This document shows, piece after piece, positions 37,881 to 48,014 of a stretch of DNA of 64,000 bases (position 1 is the first letter of the stretch; every line of letters starts with the position of its first letter). This stretch comes from an uncultured Clostridia bacterium. GTDB taxonomy: Bacteria > Bacillota > Clostridia > Saccharofermentanales > Saccharofermentanaceae. The notes under the pieces were generated by a model, which had not been told where the DNA came from, searched no databases, and was given only the letters and a program-made list of their open reading frames with translations. The DNA lies in NCBI GenBank assembly GCA_946407705.1, contig CAMJPC010000006.1, positions 43,753-107,752 on the forward strand, given 5' to 3'. The position numbers and the translations under genes were made by a program.

Positions 37881-38435
37881 TTACCTGCTCTCGACTTTTG
37901 CAGTGGTGGCCTCAACCTTTGCCACCTTAACGAAAACCGACTCTACAACAACGCCGGTATATCTCTCGATATCCTTTTTAACCTTTTCCTGAACCTTAGC
38001 CATAGAAGCAGGAATCTCAACATTCGAATAGAGCTCAGTGGAAAGGTTGATCTTAATGGCACCGTTCTTTGCAGGTGCAACGTGACATCTTGCGCTCTTG
38101 ATTCCGACCTGTGCAGACTTAGCAGCGTTAAGAGCAATGCTCTCAATGGCGTCAGCTCCGATGTCGACAGAACCGATGTCCGTCTTTCTTAATCTTGTCC
38201 TGTTGAGTCTTCCGTAAGTGACCGAATTCGAAATTGAAACGATCGATGAGATGAAGAACAGCATAAGGACAGCGAAATAGATGTATTTGCTTACGGGACC
38301 GGTAACTACGGAAGAAAGCGGAGAGATGATGTCCGCAAAAATGCCATCGTCAATCAATGCATACAAAAGCACAACCGAAATGATCGCGATAAAGACCGAA
38401 TAGATAAACATCAGGACTCTGATAAAGCCATTCAT
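37881..38435 (-). CDS. amaP: Alkaline shock response membrane anchor AmaP
   Basis: Two TM helices plus an Asp23-like C-terminus (IPASMAKVQEKVK.DIE.YTG); conserved synteny. Confidence 0.8.
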   Translation of the reverse strand: MNGFIRVLMFIYSVFIAIISVVLLYALIDDGIFADIISPLSSVVTGPVSKYIYFAVLMLFFISSIVSISNSVTYGRLNRTRLRKTDIGSVDIGADAIESIALNAAKSAQVGIKSARCHVAPAKNGAIKINLSTELYSNVEIPASMAKVQEKVKKDIERYTGVVVESVFVKVAKVEATTAKVESR

Positions 38436-38803
38436 TATTCTTTCTCCTTTACCCCGCAGACATAAACGTCCACACTTTCAACCGAGAGACCGGTGAAGCG
38501 TTCTACATCGTGCTTCACCTTCTCTTGTACCAGCCAGGCGACCTCGGGAATGATCTTCCCGTAACTGATCACCGGATAAACGGTTATGGATACCGTACTG
38601 TCGTCGGTATCATCGAACACAACCCTGACGCCCTTACCTTCATGTACAACGCCTGCCTTCTCTTTGAGAGCTACGGCAAACGAAGGAACAAGTGACACTA
38701 CGCCGTCGATTTGAAGCGCTGCTTCCGAGGCGTACTGTGCGACAAACCCCTGTGTCATGGAGCGGTCGCCCTTGATCGATTCGGGGCTCAGGTTATCTGG
38801 CAT
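38435..38803 (-). CDS. Asp23/Gls24 family envelope stress protein
   Basis: GKGVRV, YG.IIPEVA..VQEKVK..VE.FTGL.V..VDVYV. Confidence 0.88.
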   Translation of the reverse strand: MPDNLSPESIKGDRSMTQGFVAQYASEAALQIDGVVSLVPSFAVALKEKAGVVHEGKGVRVVFDDTDDSTVSITVYPVISYGKIIPEVAWLVQEKVKHDVERFTGLSVESVDVYVCGVKEKE

Positions 38804-39361
38804 TTATGCTCTCTCTAAATACTCGCCCGTTCTTGTGTCAACGCGGATCTTCTCACCCTGGTTAACGAAGAGAGGAACCTTAACAACTGCGCCTGTCTCA
38901 AGTGTAGCGTACTTGTTGGCGTTGTTGGTCGTATCGCCTCTTACGCCGGGCTCGCACTCTGTGATCTCGAGCTCAACAGTGATGGGAAGTTCAACCTGGA
39001 AGATGTCACCCTTATAGGAAACAACCTTGCAGACCATCTCTTCCTTAAGGAACTTTGTTCCGTCACCGATCTTGTCAGAGTGGATAGGTGTCTGCTCATA
39101 AGTATCGGTATCCATGAAGTAGTAGAGATCGCCGTCAGCATAGATATACTGCATGTCGCGTCTCTCAAGCTGAGCCTGCTCAAACTTCTCGTTAGGGTTG
39201 AAAGATCTTTCAACAACGGAACCTGTCTTGACGTTCTTGTATTTTGTTCTTACAAAAGCTGCGCCCTTACCCGGCTTTACGTGCTGGAACTCAACGACCT
39301 GATAAACCTGGCCGTCCATCTCAAAACACAAACCATTTCTAAAATCTCCTGCGCTGATCAT
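38804..39361 (-). CDS. efp: Elongation factor P
   Basis: [32 protein letters not shown]. Confidence 0.97.
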   Translation of the reverse strand: MISAGDFRNGLCFEMDGQVYQVVEFQHVKPGKGAAFVRTKYKNVKTGSVVERSFNPNEKFEQAQLERRDMQYIYADGDLYYFMDTDTYEQTPIHSDKIGDGTKFLKEEMVCKVVSYKGDIFQVELPITVELEITECEPGVRGDTTNNANKYATLETGAVVKVPLFVNQGEKIRVDTRTGEYLERA

Positions 39362-39440
39362 AAAATCGCTCCTTTAAATAATTATATTAATGCTAAACTA
39401 AGTAATTTTACTTGAAAGGCCGATTTCTTGCAAGTATTTG

Positions 39441-39938
39441 TCAGAAGTGTCCAATGAGTCTGACGAGCTTTTCGGGAATACGCTTAAGAGCAACGTACCA
39501 GATCTCCTTGGGATACAGCTTTTCGACGAGAAAAGAGCGTACTCCCGCAAGATTGCCGGCAATAACATCGGTAAACACCTGATCACCCACCATAACTGCA
39601 TCTTCTTTTTGAGCGCCCATCATTTCCAAAGCACGTCTTACTCCGACCGGCTCAGGCTTTCTGGCATAGGTTACGCATGGAATATCAAGAGCCTGGGCAA
39701 TGCCCTTGCTCCTTCCCGATCTGGCATTTGAAACAAGGCAGCATCTGATGCCGGCTTCCTGTATCTCCTTGACGCACTCGATGGAATAATCAGTCGGAGC
39801 GGTCGCGTGATCGGGACCCAGAGTATTGTCAAAATCAAGCAGGGCTACAGTTATGCCCTCACTCTTTAAGCTGACCCACGGGATCATCTTTACTGTGGTG
39901 TATACCCTCTCGGGCTTCATCGCTTTAAAAACGTTCAT
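39441..39938 (-). CDS. yqeG: YqeG-family HAD IIIA phosphatase
   Basis: LDFDNTL, LVSN, ARKP and MVGDQVFTDVIAGN. Confidence 0.88.
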   Translation of the reverse strand: MNVFKAMKPERVYTTVKMIPWVSLKSEGITVALLDFDNTLGPDHATAPTDYSIECVKEIQEAGIRCCLVSNARSGRSKGIAQALDIPCVTYARKPEPVGVRRALEMMGAQKEDAVMVGDQVFTDVIAGNLAGVRSFLVEKLYPKEIWYVALKRIPEKLVRLIGHF

Positions 39939-40060
39939 CAGGTCTCATACCGCCGGTTTGTTCTTGAGAAATAATATATTCTAAAGGCCGAAAAGTAAAC
40001 AATCGGCATTTATGATATTATATTATGGTTGTTTAAAAAGAGTAAGGAGTAAAACCCGTT

Positions 40061-41413
40061 ATGAAGATCACTAAATTCGGCGGCTCATCGCTCGCCAATG
40101 CTTTCCAGATACAGAAAGTCTGCAACATCGTTTTGTCAGATGAAGACCGTAAGGTCATGGTCGTTTCCGCACCGGGCAAGCGCACTAAAGACGATACAAA
40201 AGTAACCGACCTGCTCATTGCGGTAGCCAAAGCCCGCATGGCCGGTGAACCTTTCGAAGATGAACTCAAGAAGGTAATCGAACGCTACGAGGAGATCGCA
40301 GATGAACTCAATGTAAAGGAAGTACTTCCCGACATCGAGAACAGGCTCACATCCGTAGCTTCCGCAGATTACACCAACGACAACAAGTACCTTGATTCCG
40401 TCAAGGCCATGGGTGAAGATTGCTGCGCCAGACTCGTTTCCTTCTACCTCACTTCTACCGGTCACAAGGCAAAGTACTGCAATCCCGCCGAGTGCGGTCT
40501 TTACTTGAAGCACGATGAAGCAGGCAAAGCCGTGATCCTTGATGAGACTTACGATAATCTCGCAAAGCTTAAGGATGAGACAGACTGCCTCCTCGTCTTC
40601 CCCGGATTCTACGGCGTTTCTAAAGAAAACGAGATCATCACGTTCTCCAGAGGCGGATCCGACATCACAGGTTCGATCCTTGCCGCAGCTCTTAATGCTG
40701 AGGTTTACGAGAACTGGACAGACGTTGACAACGTTTTCGCCGTTAACCCGAACCTCGTAAAGAATCCGTTCCCCATCACAGAGATCACATATGACGAAAT
40801 GCGTGAGCTTTCTTATGCAGGATTCAACGTCCTTCACGAGGAAGCTATCTTCCCTGTCTTCAAGAGCGGAATCCCTCTCAACATCAGGAATACCAACAAT
40901 CCTACGGCAAAGGGCACATGGATCGTTTCAAAGAGAACACACTATGATTCACTCGTAACAGGTATCGCAGGTGACAAAGGCTTCTGCACCGTTACGGTAA
41001 GCAAATACATGATGAACCGTCAGGTCGGCTTCCTTGCAACGCTCCTTGAGATATTTGCAGATGAAGCGATCTCCATCGACCACATTCCTTCGGGAATCGA
41101 CACGGTTACCATCGTAATCCGCAAGAAGTACTTCACAGCCGAGAAGGAAGCGATCATCGTAGATCGTATCCAGAAGGAACTCGGCGCCAAGGTAAGCGTT
41201 GACCGCGATCTCGCGATCGTAATGATCGTCGGTGAAGCCATGGCAAATTCAGTAGGTATCATGGCAAGAGCCGCTTCCGCCCTTTCCAACGCAGGCATCA
41301 ACCTGAGGATCGTTAACCAGGGCGCTTCCGAGATCTCCATGATGTTCGGTGTATCCGAGTCTTACTGCTCATATGCCGTAAGAGTACTTTACAAGGAACT
41401 CTTCAGATACTGA
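40061..41413 (+). CDS. Aspartate kinase (YclM/AK-III-like)
   Basis: KFGGSS, VVSAPG, FSRGGSDITG, ENWTDV and C-terminal ACT domains. Confidence 0.93.
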   Translation: MKITKFGGSSLANAFQIQKVCNIVLSDEDRKVMVVSAPGKRTKDDTKVTDLLIAVAKARMAGEPFEDELKKVIERYEEIADELNVKEVLPDIENRLTSVASADYTNDNKYLDSVKAMGEDCCARLVSFYLTSTGHKAKYCNPAECGLYLKHDEAGKAVILDETYDNLAKLKDETDCLLVFPGFYGVSKENEIITFSRGGSDITGSILAAALNAEVYENWTDVDNVFAVNPNLVKNPFPITEITYDEMRELSYAGFNVLHEEAIFPVFKSGIPLNIRNTNNPTAKGTWIVSKRTHYDSLVTGIAGDKGFCTVTVSKYMMNRQVGFLATLLEIFADEAISIDHIPSGIDTVTIVIRKKYFTAEKEAIIVDRIQKELGAKVSVDRDLAIVMIVGEAMANSVGIMARAASALSNAGINLRIVNQGASEISMMFGVSESYCSYAVRVLYKELFRY

Positions 41414-41440
41414 TAACGGAAGATATTTCAAAGCAACAAA

Positions 41441-41466
41441 AAAGCGGCGCCTTATGACGCCGCTTT
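41441..41466. terminator. Bidirectional terminator
   Basis: AAAGCGGCG/CGCCGCTTT stem. Confidence 0.75.
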
Positions 41467-41483
41467 ATTTATTTCGTTATGGA

Positions 41484-43250
41484 TTACTCGTCTGCCTTAG
41501 GCTGCTCGGGAGTTTCAGGCTTAGGAGCTTCAGTTGCCTTTGTGGTCTCAGCAGGTTTAGCTGTTTCCGTAGGCTTTGAAGTCTCAGTAGGCTTAGCTGT
41601 CTCAGTGGGCTTTGACGTTTCTGTAGGCTTAGCAGTCTCCGTCGGAGCCGGAGCCTCAGTCTCGGTAGCTGTCGGCTTAGGTGTGGGAGTAGCGGTTGCC
41701 TTCTTAGGCTTAGGAGTAGGCGTAGGATCATCTTCACCTTCGCCCTCACCTTCAGTTTCTGACTCTGAAGTCTCGGACGTCTCGCTTGTCTCTGCAGCAC
41801 CGGCTTTATCAGTGGTATCAGGAACACTTTCAGAAGGGGTCTCTTCAGGAACCATACCGGCGTTGGGATCCTTCGCTGTAAGCTGAGCCATCATGCAGTA
41901 TCCGACAAGATTGTTGGGAGCCACGATGACCTGAGCGAAGTTCGGATCGTTTGTAGGCTGCATCGTTACGACATCACCCTTATGAAGCGTAGCGATGACG
42001 GTAGAATTCAAAGACGGCTGTGAATATACCTTTGTGCCGTCACCCGTAGCATAGTAAACGGAACCTACGGCTGCGCTGGGCATTGTCTCGGGCGCGTTAG
42101 CCTCCATGAAATCCCTGATGTTGAATACAAGGAACATAACGCCGAATCCGAGAATGAGACAGAGAACGAAGATGATTATCGGCATTACGATCGTAGCGAT
42201 CTTGGTGCCTGTGGAAGTACGTGCTTCCTCTACAGGTGCTTTTTCTTCCTCCTCTTCTTCCTCTTCAACCTTACCGGAATTAAGGCTGCCCGGCTTGAAA
42301 TCGATGGTATCATCAGCATCCTCGTCTTCGTCGACGGGAGGTTCAAACGGCGTGAAATTGTTCTTCTCTGCGGGAGCAACTGCTGCAGCAGGAGCAATTG
42401 CAGCTTCAGTCTTCAGATCACTTCTGATTACAGCGTCTCCGGGAAGCAGGAATGTGGATTCGACCTTAAGGTCAATTATGGTAAGGCCTGACTTAACACC
42501 GTGATTAACTGCGGCATTAATGATCTCTTTAGCCTTTGATTCAGTTGAAATGGGCTTTACGATGATGGAATTACGCATCTGGGCAGGCATTCCTCTGGAA
42601 ATACCAAGTCCCATGAGGATGATCTCATCGTTGTCCTTAAGCTTTAGGTGAACCTTCTTCTCAGGCTTAAGATCACCTTCTTGAGGCATCTTTCCAAGAT
42701 ACTGGGTAAGGTTCATGCTCTCCGGATTATCCTTCTCATCGGCAGCGCTGATGGAACCCATCTGGGCATAACGGTGAGCAACCGTCTGCTCTTCGGTAAG
42801 GACCATGATCTTCTTGTCACGGAAAAGGACTGCCTTTGTAATACCGAGGTGTACAACGCGGAGTATGTCACCCTCGATAACGAGCATAGTCATCGAAGTC
42901 TTGAACTGCTTGCCCTTGTTGATTCCGAAGTTGCAGACTCTTACGTTGAGAGTGTTTACTACGAGGTTCGAAAAAGACTCAAAATCAAGAACAGGCTGAT
43001 TTGCAGTTGAAGCTACGATCTTTTCGAGTTCCGCATTGAGTTCAAGATTGAGTTCTGCAGAAAGATTGTCAGGACCGATCGTAGAGAAAATCGCACAGAT
43101 CTGGATAGGAGATGTTGAACGTGCCGTTCTGAGGAACTCATTGGGGAAATCCTCGATCTTACGCGAAAGCGTCAGAAAGAACACGTTCTCCTGCGGTTTA
43201 TTCTGTTCCTGATTAGTCTCAGCTATACAGGTTGCTACTGTTTTGCTCAT
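41484..43250 (-). CDS. PP2C-fold (degenerate) - TM - SH3b - P/T/E/K-rich tail membrane protein
   Basis: PP2C-like order of elements (TSMT, HLG.TKA, LTEEQTV, LTQYLG, L.D.D.IIL), acidic linker, one TM helix, SH3b (VYSQPSLNSTVIATLHKGDVV...VGY), repeat tail. Confidence 0.8.
   Translation of the reverse strand: MSKTVATCIAETNQEQNKPQENVFFLTLSRKIEDFPNEFLRTARSTSPIQICAIFSTIGPDNLSAELNLELNAELEKIVASTANQPVLDFESFSNLVVNTLNVRVCNFGINKGKQFKTSMTMLVIEGDILRVVHLGITKAVLFRDKKIMVLTEEQTVAHRYAQMGSISAADEKDNPESMNLTQYLGKMPQEGDLKPEKKVHLKLKDNDEIILMGLGISRGMPAQMRNSIIVKPISTESKAKEIINAAVNHGVKSGLTIIDLKVESTFLLPGDAVIRSDLKTEAAIAPAAAVAPAEKNNFTPFEPPVDEDEDADDTIDFKPGSLNSGKVEEEEEEEEKAPVEEARTSTGTKIATIVMPIIIFVLCLILGFGVMFLVFNIRDFMEANAPETMPSAAVGSVYYATGDGTKVYSQPSLNSTVIATLHKGDVVTMQPTNDPNFAQVIVAPNNLVGYCMMAQLTAKDPNAGMVPEETPSESVPDTTDKAGAAETSETSETSESETEGEGEGEDDPTPTPKPKKATATPTPKPTATETEAPAPTETAKPTETSKPTETAKPTETSKPTETAKPAETTKATEAPKPETPEQPKADE
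41538..41645 (-). repeat. Six imperfect 18-bp coding tandem repeats (PTET[A/S]K)
   Basis: Units such as ctttgaagtctcagtagg and cttagctgtctcagtggg, varying mainly at synonymous positions. Confidence 0.85.
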
Positions 43251-43460
43251 ATATCTTCTCCCTAATATTGAACAAGCGCATCTGACAAAGCGTTAAGCCG
43301 TCAGACATCACTACTCATTTTATATATTTAAAGCAACAGTATTATATCACCTCTTCGCGTATTTCCAATTTTTTTGTTAAAGAATGGACAAATTGCCTAA
43401 TTTGACCTGTTTTTGCCTCATTTTTTAGTTATCTCGCAAATAATGCGAAAACATAAGAAA

Positions 43461-43492
43461 ACCGCCCGTTCCCAAAACGGGAACAGGCGGCT
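43461..43492 (-). terminator. Terminator after gdhA
   Basis: CCGCC(C/T)GTTCCC/GGGAAC(A/G)GGCGG stem followed by a T-run on the minus strand. Confidence 0.75.
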
Positions 43493-43516
43493 GTAGTTTT
43501 AATGACTAATCAGCGA

Positions 43517-44938
<1,422 letters not shown>

Positions 44939-45068
44939 TCATTTTCGGGTTTGTTCGGTCTGTATAACAGCACACGGGAAATCCATAACGGGTAAATAAT
45001 AATACAAGCATTTGAGGCATGCAAGAGGAAATTAAAAAATGAAAGTTCGGAAGTCCGAACTTTCATTT

Positions 45069-45545
45069 TCAAGTCTGTGTCTGATTGTTTGCCGTTGTTG
45101 CGGCAGTTGTCGGCGGTATGCTCGGAGCCGTCTCCTCCGCATCTTTCTTATCGGAGAACGGATCGTTCTTTACGAGCTCCGTCCAAGAGCTGAATCCGAA
45201 CATCTGCCTTATCTCATCGTAATTGAATATTGACAGCGTGCGGTCAAGCACGATAAATAACAACAAAAAGAAGATCAGCGCAAGGAGTCCTCTTCTCAGG
45301 ATCATCATCCTGCGTTCCGCGTTATATCTCTCATCCACATATTTCCTCGTGGTGTAGCCGACAACGACATAAACGCGGCTGATATCCTTGCGGGGCGGCC
45401 TGTCGCGGAACTCGCGCCATGACCTTCTGATACGCCCGAATATCCTCGACGGAATACTCTTGATGAGTCTGACCGTAGCGCGCCATGAAGCACCAAAGAA
45501 ATCAGATATAACGTCAGAAGTCTTTCTGTCGCTTGAACCAGCCAA
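45069..45545 (-). CDS. Hypothetical single-TM protein
   Basis: AGAAAGGCGG RBS; Arg-rich N-terminal part and one hydrophobic helix. Confidence 0.65.
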   Translation of the reverse strand: MAGSSDRKTSDVISDFFGASWRATVRLIKSIPSRIFGRIRRSWREFRDRPPRKDISRVYVVVGYTTRKYVDERYNAERRMMILRRGLLALIFFLLLFIVLDRTLSIFNYDEIRQMFGFSSWTELVKNDPFSDKKDAEETAPSIPPTTAATTANNQTQT

Positions 45546-45612
45546 GAAATACGCCGCCTTTCTGCTTTGATTCGCCTATTATATCATTATTGCAAAGATC
45601 AAAGAAGAATCG

Positions 45613-46167
45613 TTATTTATCCCGGATCAGCTTGATATCGTTACGCTCAGCGAACAGTACGGCGAGATCACTCAAAGCCTTGTCTCTCTTCCTGAAGAAC
45701 GTCGACCTCGAAAAATGCATGTCTTTGCAGATCGTTTGCAACGGTACTTTTATATAGTATTTCAAATATAATACCTTAGAGTACGGATTTCTCAATGACA
45801 CAAGGAGCGTAAGAAGCGCAACGGCGTCTCTCTTTTTCCTGATGAGCTCCTTATACTCTGCCCGCATCGCTGCTATGTATTTGTCAAAGCCGGCACAAAA
45901 ATCGATCATCTCGGCAGTCATGTCACACTCACGCTTGGGCATACCGGAAAAATCCGTCACTTTTGCAGGTGCGCACTCTGCAGCATAAAGACTCATCAAG
46001 AGCTTACGCTTCTCTTCTTTTGTCTTCTTGATATCAGCAAGGAAATCCGTAGCTTTATCAGATGAAGTGTTCACGTCGCTGTATAACGATGTAAGTTTCG
46101 CCACTAAAAACTTCTTAAGCGCCTTCACGGTCATGCGCTTTTCAACCTTATATACTAAGTCCTTCAT
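45613..46167 (-). CDS. ArpU/RinA (DUF1492-like) HTH protein
   Basis: Coiled-coil middle region and C-terminal VLYLKYYIKVPLQTICKDMHFSRSTFFRKRDKAL HTH; AGGGGGT RBS. Confidence 0.7.
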   Translation of the reverse strand: MKDLVYKVEKRMTVKALKKFLVAKLTSLYSDVNTSSDKATDFLADIKKTKEEKRKLLMSLYAAECAPAKVTDFSGMPKRECDMTAEMIDFCAGFDKYIAAMRAEYKELIRKKRDAVALLTLLVSLRNPYSKVLYLKYYIKVPLQTICKDMHFSRSTFFRKRDKALSDLAVLFAERNDIKLIRDK

Positions 46168-46190
46168 TTTCTTACCCCCTTTCGCTTATA

Positions 46191-46250
46191 CAAACAATTG
46201 TTTGACATGCCATACATTAATGTTAAAATGGCATTAAAGAAAATATGTTT
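46191..46250 (+). promoter_or_regulatory. lexA promoter with two SOS-box-like sites
   Basis: TTGACA (46202-07)-16-TAAAAT (46224-29) with a TG extension. CAAACAATTGTTTG palindrome at 46191-46204; GAAAATATGTTT at 46239-46250. Confidence 0.7.
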
Positions 46251-46261
46251 GGAGGCGCAAA

Positions 46262-46903
46262 ATGGCCCGATTCAGCGACAATAAATCAATCGAACGAGTT
46301 TATGACTACATCTGCGACTACATCAGAGTCAACCAGATTTCACCTTCCGTCCGCGACATCTGTGCCGGAGTTGGTCTTAAGTCCACTTCCTCCGTCCATA
46401 CTTATCTTAAGGAACTGGACAACGAAGGAAGGATCGAATACAGACCGGGACTTCGAAGAGCCATTATCATCAAGCAGTATGACGATGAGCCCGCCCCCAA
46501 GGTTACTTCATTAAGTGATTGCAGACCTGTTTACTGCGTCGGTAAGATTACCGCCGGTGTTCCGATACTTGCCACCGAAGATTACAGCGACCGTTTCTTC
46601 ATCAGCAAATCAGTGATCGGCGATGCCGAGTGCTTCATGCTGAAGGTCAAGGGCAACAGTATGATCAATGCTCATATCCTGGATGGTGATTATATCTTGG
46701 TCCGCAAGCAGAACTTCTGCGATGAGGGAGATATAATCGCTGCCCTGATCGATGACGAAGCGACTGTTAAGAGATTCGGCAAAAAGGACGGTAACCCGTA
46801 TCTGTTCCCCGAGAATGACAACTACTCACCAATTCCTTTCAACAAGGAGGGATGCAAGATTCTCGGCAAAGTAGTTGGTCTGCACCGATATAATATTAAT
46901 TAG
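46262..46903 (+). CDS. lexA: SOS repressor LexA
   Basis: PSVRDIC..VGLKSTSSV HTH, Ala-Gly cleavage site (ITAGVP), Ser (KGNSM) and Lys (TVKR) catalytic dyad. Confidence 0.95.
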   Translation: MARFSDNKSIERVYDYICDYIRVNQISPSVRDICAGVGLKSTSSVHTYLKELDNEGRIEYRPGLRRAIIIKQYDDEPAPKVTSLSDCRPVYCVGKITAGVPILATEDYSDRFFISKSVIGDAECFMLKVKGNSMINAHILDGDYILVRKQNFCDEGDIIAALIDDEATVKRFGKKDGNPYLFPENDNYSPIPFNKEGCKILGKVVGLHRYNIN

Positions 46904-47046
46904 TTCTGCCCTCCTTTCTCACCTTGAACAGTTGAAAATTGGTGATACTCCTAATTTAGCAGGCACTGGTGAGACTTTTCAAGGAAACTGGAGTTTTGTA
47001 TCAAAAGTTGAGACTATTTCGGGCAGTCTTTGATAATGTAAAACGA

Positions 47047-48006
47047 TTAACCTATCCGGCAGCTGTTAAGTACATACTCAGCTGCCGTTTCTTTTATATC
47101 TGAAGGAATGAATTCAATGCCTTCTCCCATGTGTCTGAACCATGTAAGCTGACGCTTTGCGTAATGACGTGAACCGAGCTTTATCTTATATACTGTCTCA
47201 GATATGTCTTCATCTCCTGAGAAATACTTTTCGAATTCCTTATAACCTATCGCCTGGAAGCATGTCGTCCCCTTTGCTTTCTCATTCTGATAGAGCATTC
47301 TGGCTTCTTTTTCCAGACCCAGATCCATCATGATATCAACCCTGCGGTTTATTCTGTCATACAATATGCTTCTGTCGATATCAGGCATGAATGCCCTGAA
47401 CTTGAAAGCAGGACCTTCATTCTTGGATTTCCTGTTCTTCTCGGAGAATCTCACGCCTGTAGATCTTTTTACGGCGAGGGCACGTACGACCCTTCTGACG
47501 TTGTTCGGATGAATGAGCTTGGCGGCTTCGGGGTCTTCTTCAACAAGCAAAGAATAAAGCTGATCCCTGCCCTCTTTCTCGCAGATACCGTAATAGTAGT
47601 CTTCCGCTTCACTTACTTCGGCATCGTCCTCTTCACCGTAATTGATGCCGTAAAGAAGTGCCGAAATATACTGGCCCGTGCCGCCGCAAACCACAGGAAG
47701 ATTGCCTCTTTCCAGGATGCCGTTAATCGCTTCTTTAGCCATGTTTATGTAATCGAAAACCGAAAAGCTTTCACCCGGATCCACAATGTCCGTCATGTGA
47801 TGAGGGATCTCAGCCAATTCTTCTTCCGAATCCTTGGCTGTACCTATGTCAAGACCGCGGTATATCTGCATGGAATCCGCAGATACCAGTTCGCCTCCCG
47901 TCAGACGGCAGATATCCAGCGCAATGGCACTCTTGCCGCTGGCCGTAGGACCCGTGACTATGGGAATATATTCGTACTTTCCAAGATACGGACCGGGATT
48001 GATCAT
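47047..48006 (-). CDS. miaA: tRNA dimethylallyltransferase
   Basis: GPTASGKS, SADSMQIYRGLDIGTAK, CGGTG.Y, YAKRQLTWF. Confidence 0.96.
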   Translation of the reverse strand: MINPGPYLGKYEYIPIVTGPTASGKSAIALDICRLTGGELVSADSMQIYRGLDIGTAKDSEEELAEIPHHMTDIVDPGESFSVFDYINMAKEAINGILERGNLPVVCGGTGQYISALLYGINYGEEDDAEVSEAEDYYYGICEKEGRDQLYSLLVEEDPEAAKLIHPNNVRRVVRALAVKRSTGVRFSEKNRKSKNEGPAFKFRAFMPDIDRSILYDRINRRVDIMMDLGLEKEARMLYQNEKAKGTTCFQAIGYKEFEKYFSGDEDISETVYKIKLGSRHYAKRQLTWFRHMGEGIEFIPSDIKETAAEYVLNSCRIG

Positions 48007-48014
48007 GGTTCTTC

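Noticed and set aside
39939-40060. Lysine riboswitch or T-box before the aspartate kinase gene
   Set aside because: The spacer is only about 120 nt, AT-rich, and lacks the conserved motifs.
41538-41645. Periodic repeats as a possible CRISPR array
   Set aside because: Contiguous 18-bp in-frame coding repeats with no spacers and no cas genes.
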